The notes under the pieces are model-generated. The model saw only the letters and a list, made by a program, of their open reading frames with translations. It ran no database searches and had not been told where the DNA came from. A stretch of 62,215 nucleotides of DNA, the filler included, from Sphacelaria rigidula (Eukaryota): assembly GCA_964200075.2 (NCBI GenBank). It is 4 parts of 4 records of this genome, joined end to end, with 100 filler letters (N's around TTAATTAATTAA, not from the genome) between each part and the next. Parts side by side here need not be neighbours in the genome. Positions count along the whole stretch, not along the records: positions 46,739 to 62,215 come from CAXNAA020001731.1; 3 more parts are not named here. One strand, written 5' to 3'. This document shows positions 61,716 through 62,215 of this stretch, in pieces. A program made the translations under genes and the position numbers. Each line of letters starts with the position of its first letter. The first letter of the stretch is position 1.

Positions 61716-61997
61716 GTAGTCAACCATTATTATACTCGCTCAGAAACCAGTGCGACTATTATAGTTACGCGCATACAACACTCCGCTTAGTCAGTATCTT
61801 GCGCACCTAGTTTTGTGCAAACATCTACTTCTTCTCTTACTTGCGTCCCTCCCTGCCTGCCTGTCGTTCAATCACTCGGTTAGTCTGTCTGCTACTGGGT
61901 CGGAAACCCGTGAACCTAGTCGCGCGCAAGAAACTACTTGGTCGGACACTCGTGCATGAGTTGCGAGCAGAGAACTACTTCAATACTTGGGATAAGA

Positions 61998-62215
61998 GAG
62001 TCATCCTACGATAGGGGGGGGGGGGTACTTGATTGCACGAAAAAAAAGGCTTAAGAGTGCGTCAGACAACTTGCCACACTCGCGATGCGCTTGTTTTTGG
62101 TTCAAAACGGTGCCAATCGGTATGAACCAGCCTTATATATCTTCAGAGTCATCCTTCGATAGGGGGGGGGTATTTGGTTGCACGAAAAACGAGGCTCATA
62201 AGTGTGTCAGACATC
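61998..62215. mobile_element. Two left ends of MITE family 2 (61998 and 62146; probable self-nesting, cut by the window end)
   Basis: GAGTCATCCT(A/T)CGATAGGGGG starts, homologous to 50412. Confidence 0.8.

Overview
Eukaryotic, intron- and transposon-rich DNA, most likely a brown alga or other stramenopile (inference from short exons with canonical splice sites and the RTE/chromoviral Gypsy content). The window is not one locus. It is four contigs of near-identical length (1-15481, 15582-31060, 31161-46638, 46739-62215) joined by artificial N44-TTAATTAATTAA-N44 linkers. Contig 1 carries a multi-exon atypical protein-kinase-like gene (+), with a probable Ala/Pro-rich, NLS-bearing tail. Contig 2 carries 9 in-frame exons of a myosin motor domain (-, one GC-AG intron), two tandem decayed RTE-type LINEs and a stack of Harbinger-type MITEs. 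Contig 3 is mostly MITEs, a LINE 3' relic and unidentified decayed coding relics. Contig 4 holds a Copia RT/RNase H relic and a chromodomain Gypsy element nested inside a second, RT-deleted Gypsy element. The most notable unexplained structure is a set of ~250-bp MITE families with 4-bp TSDs, unrelated interiors and a shared positionally fixed GATAG + poly-G/C TIR core (Sola-like). No prokaryotic system or CRISPR array is supported. All calls are by eye; no searches were run.
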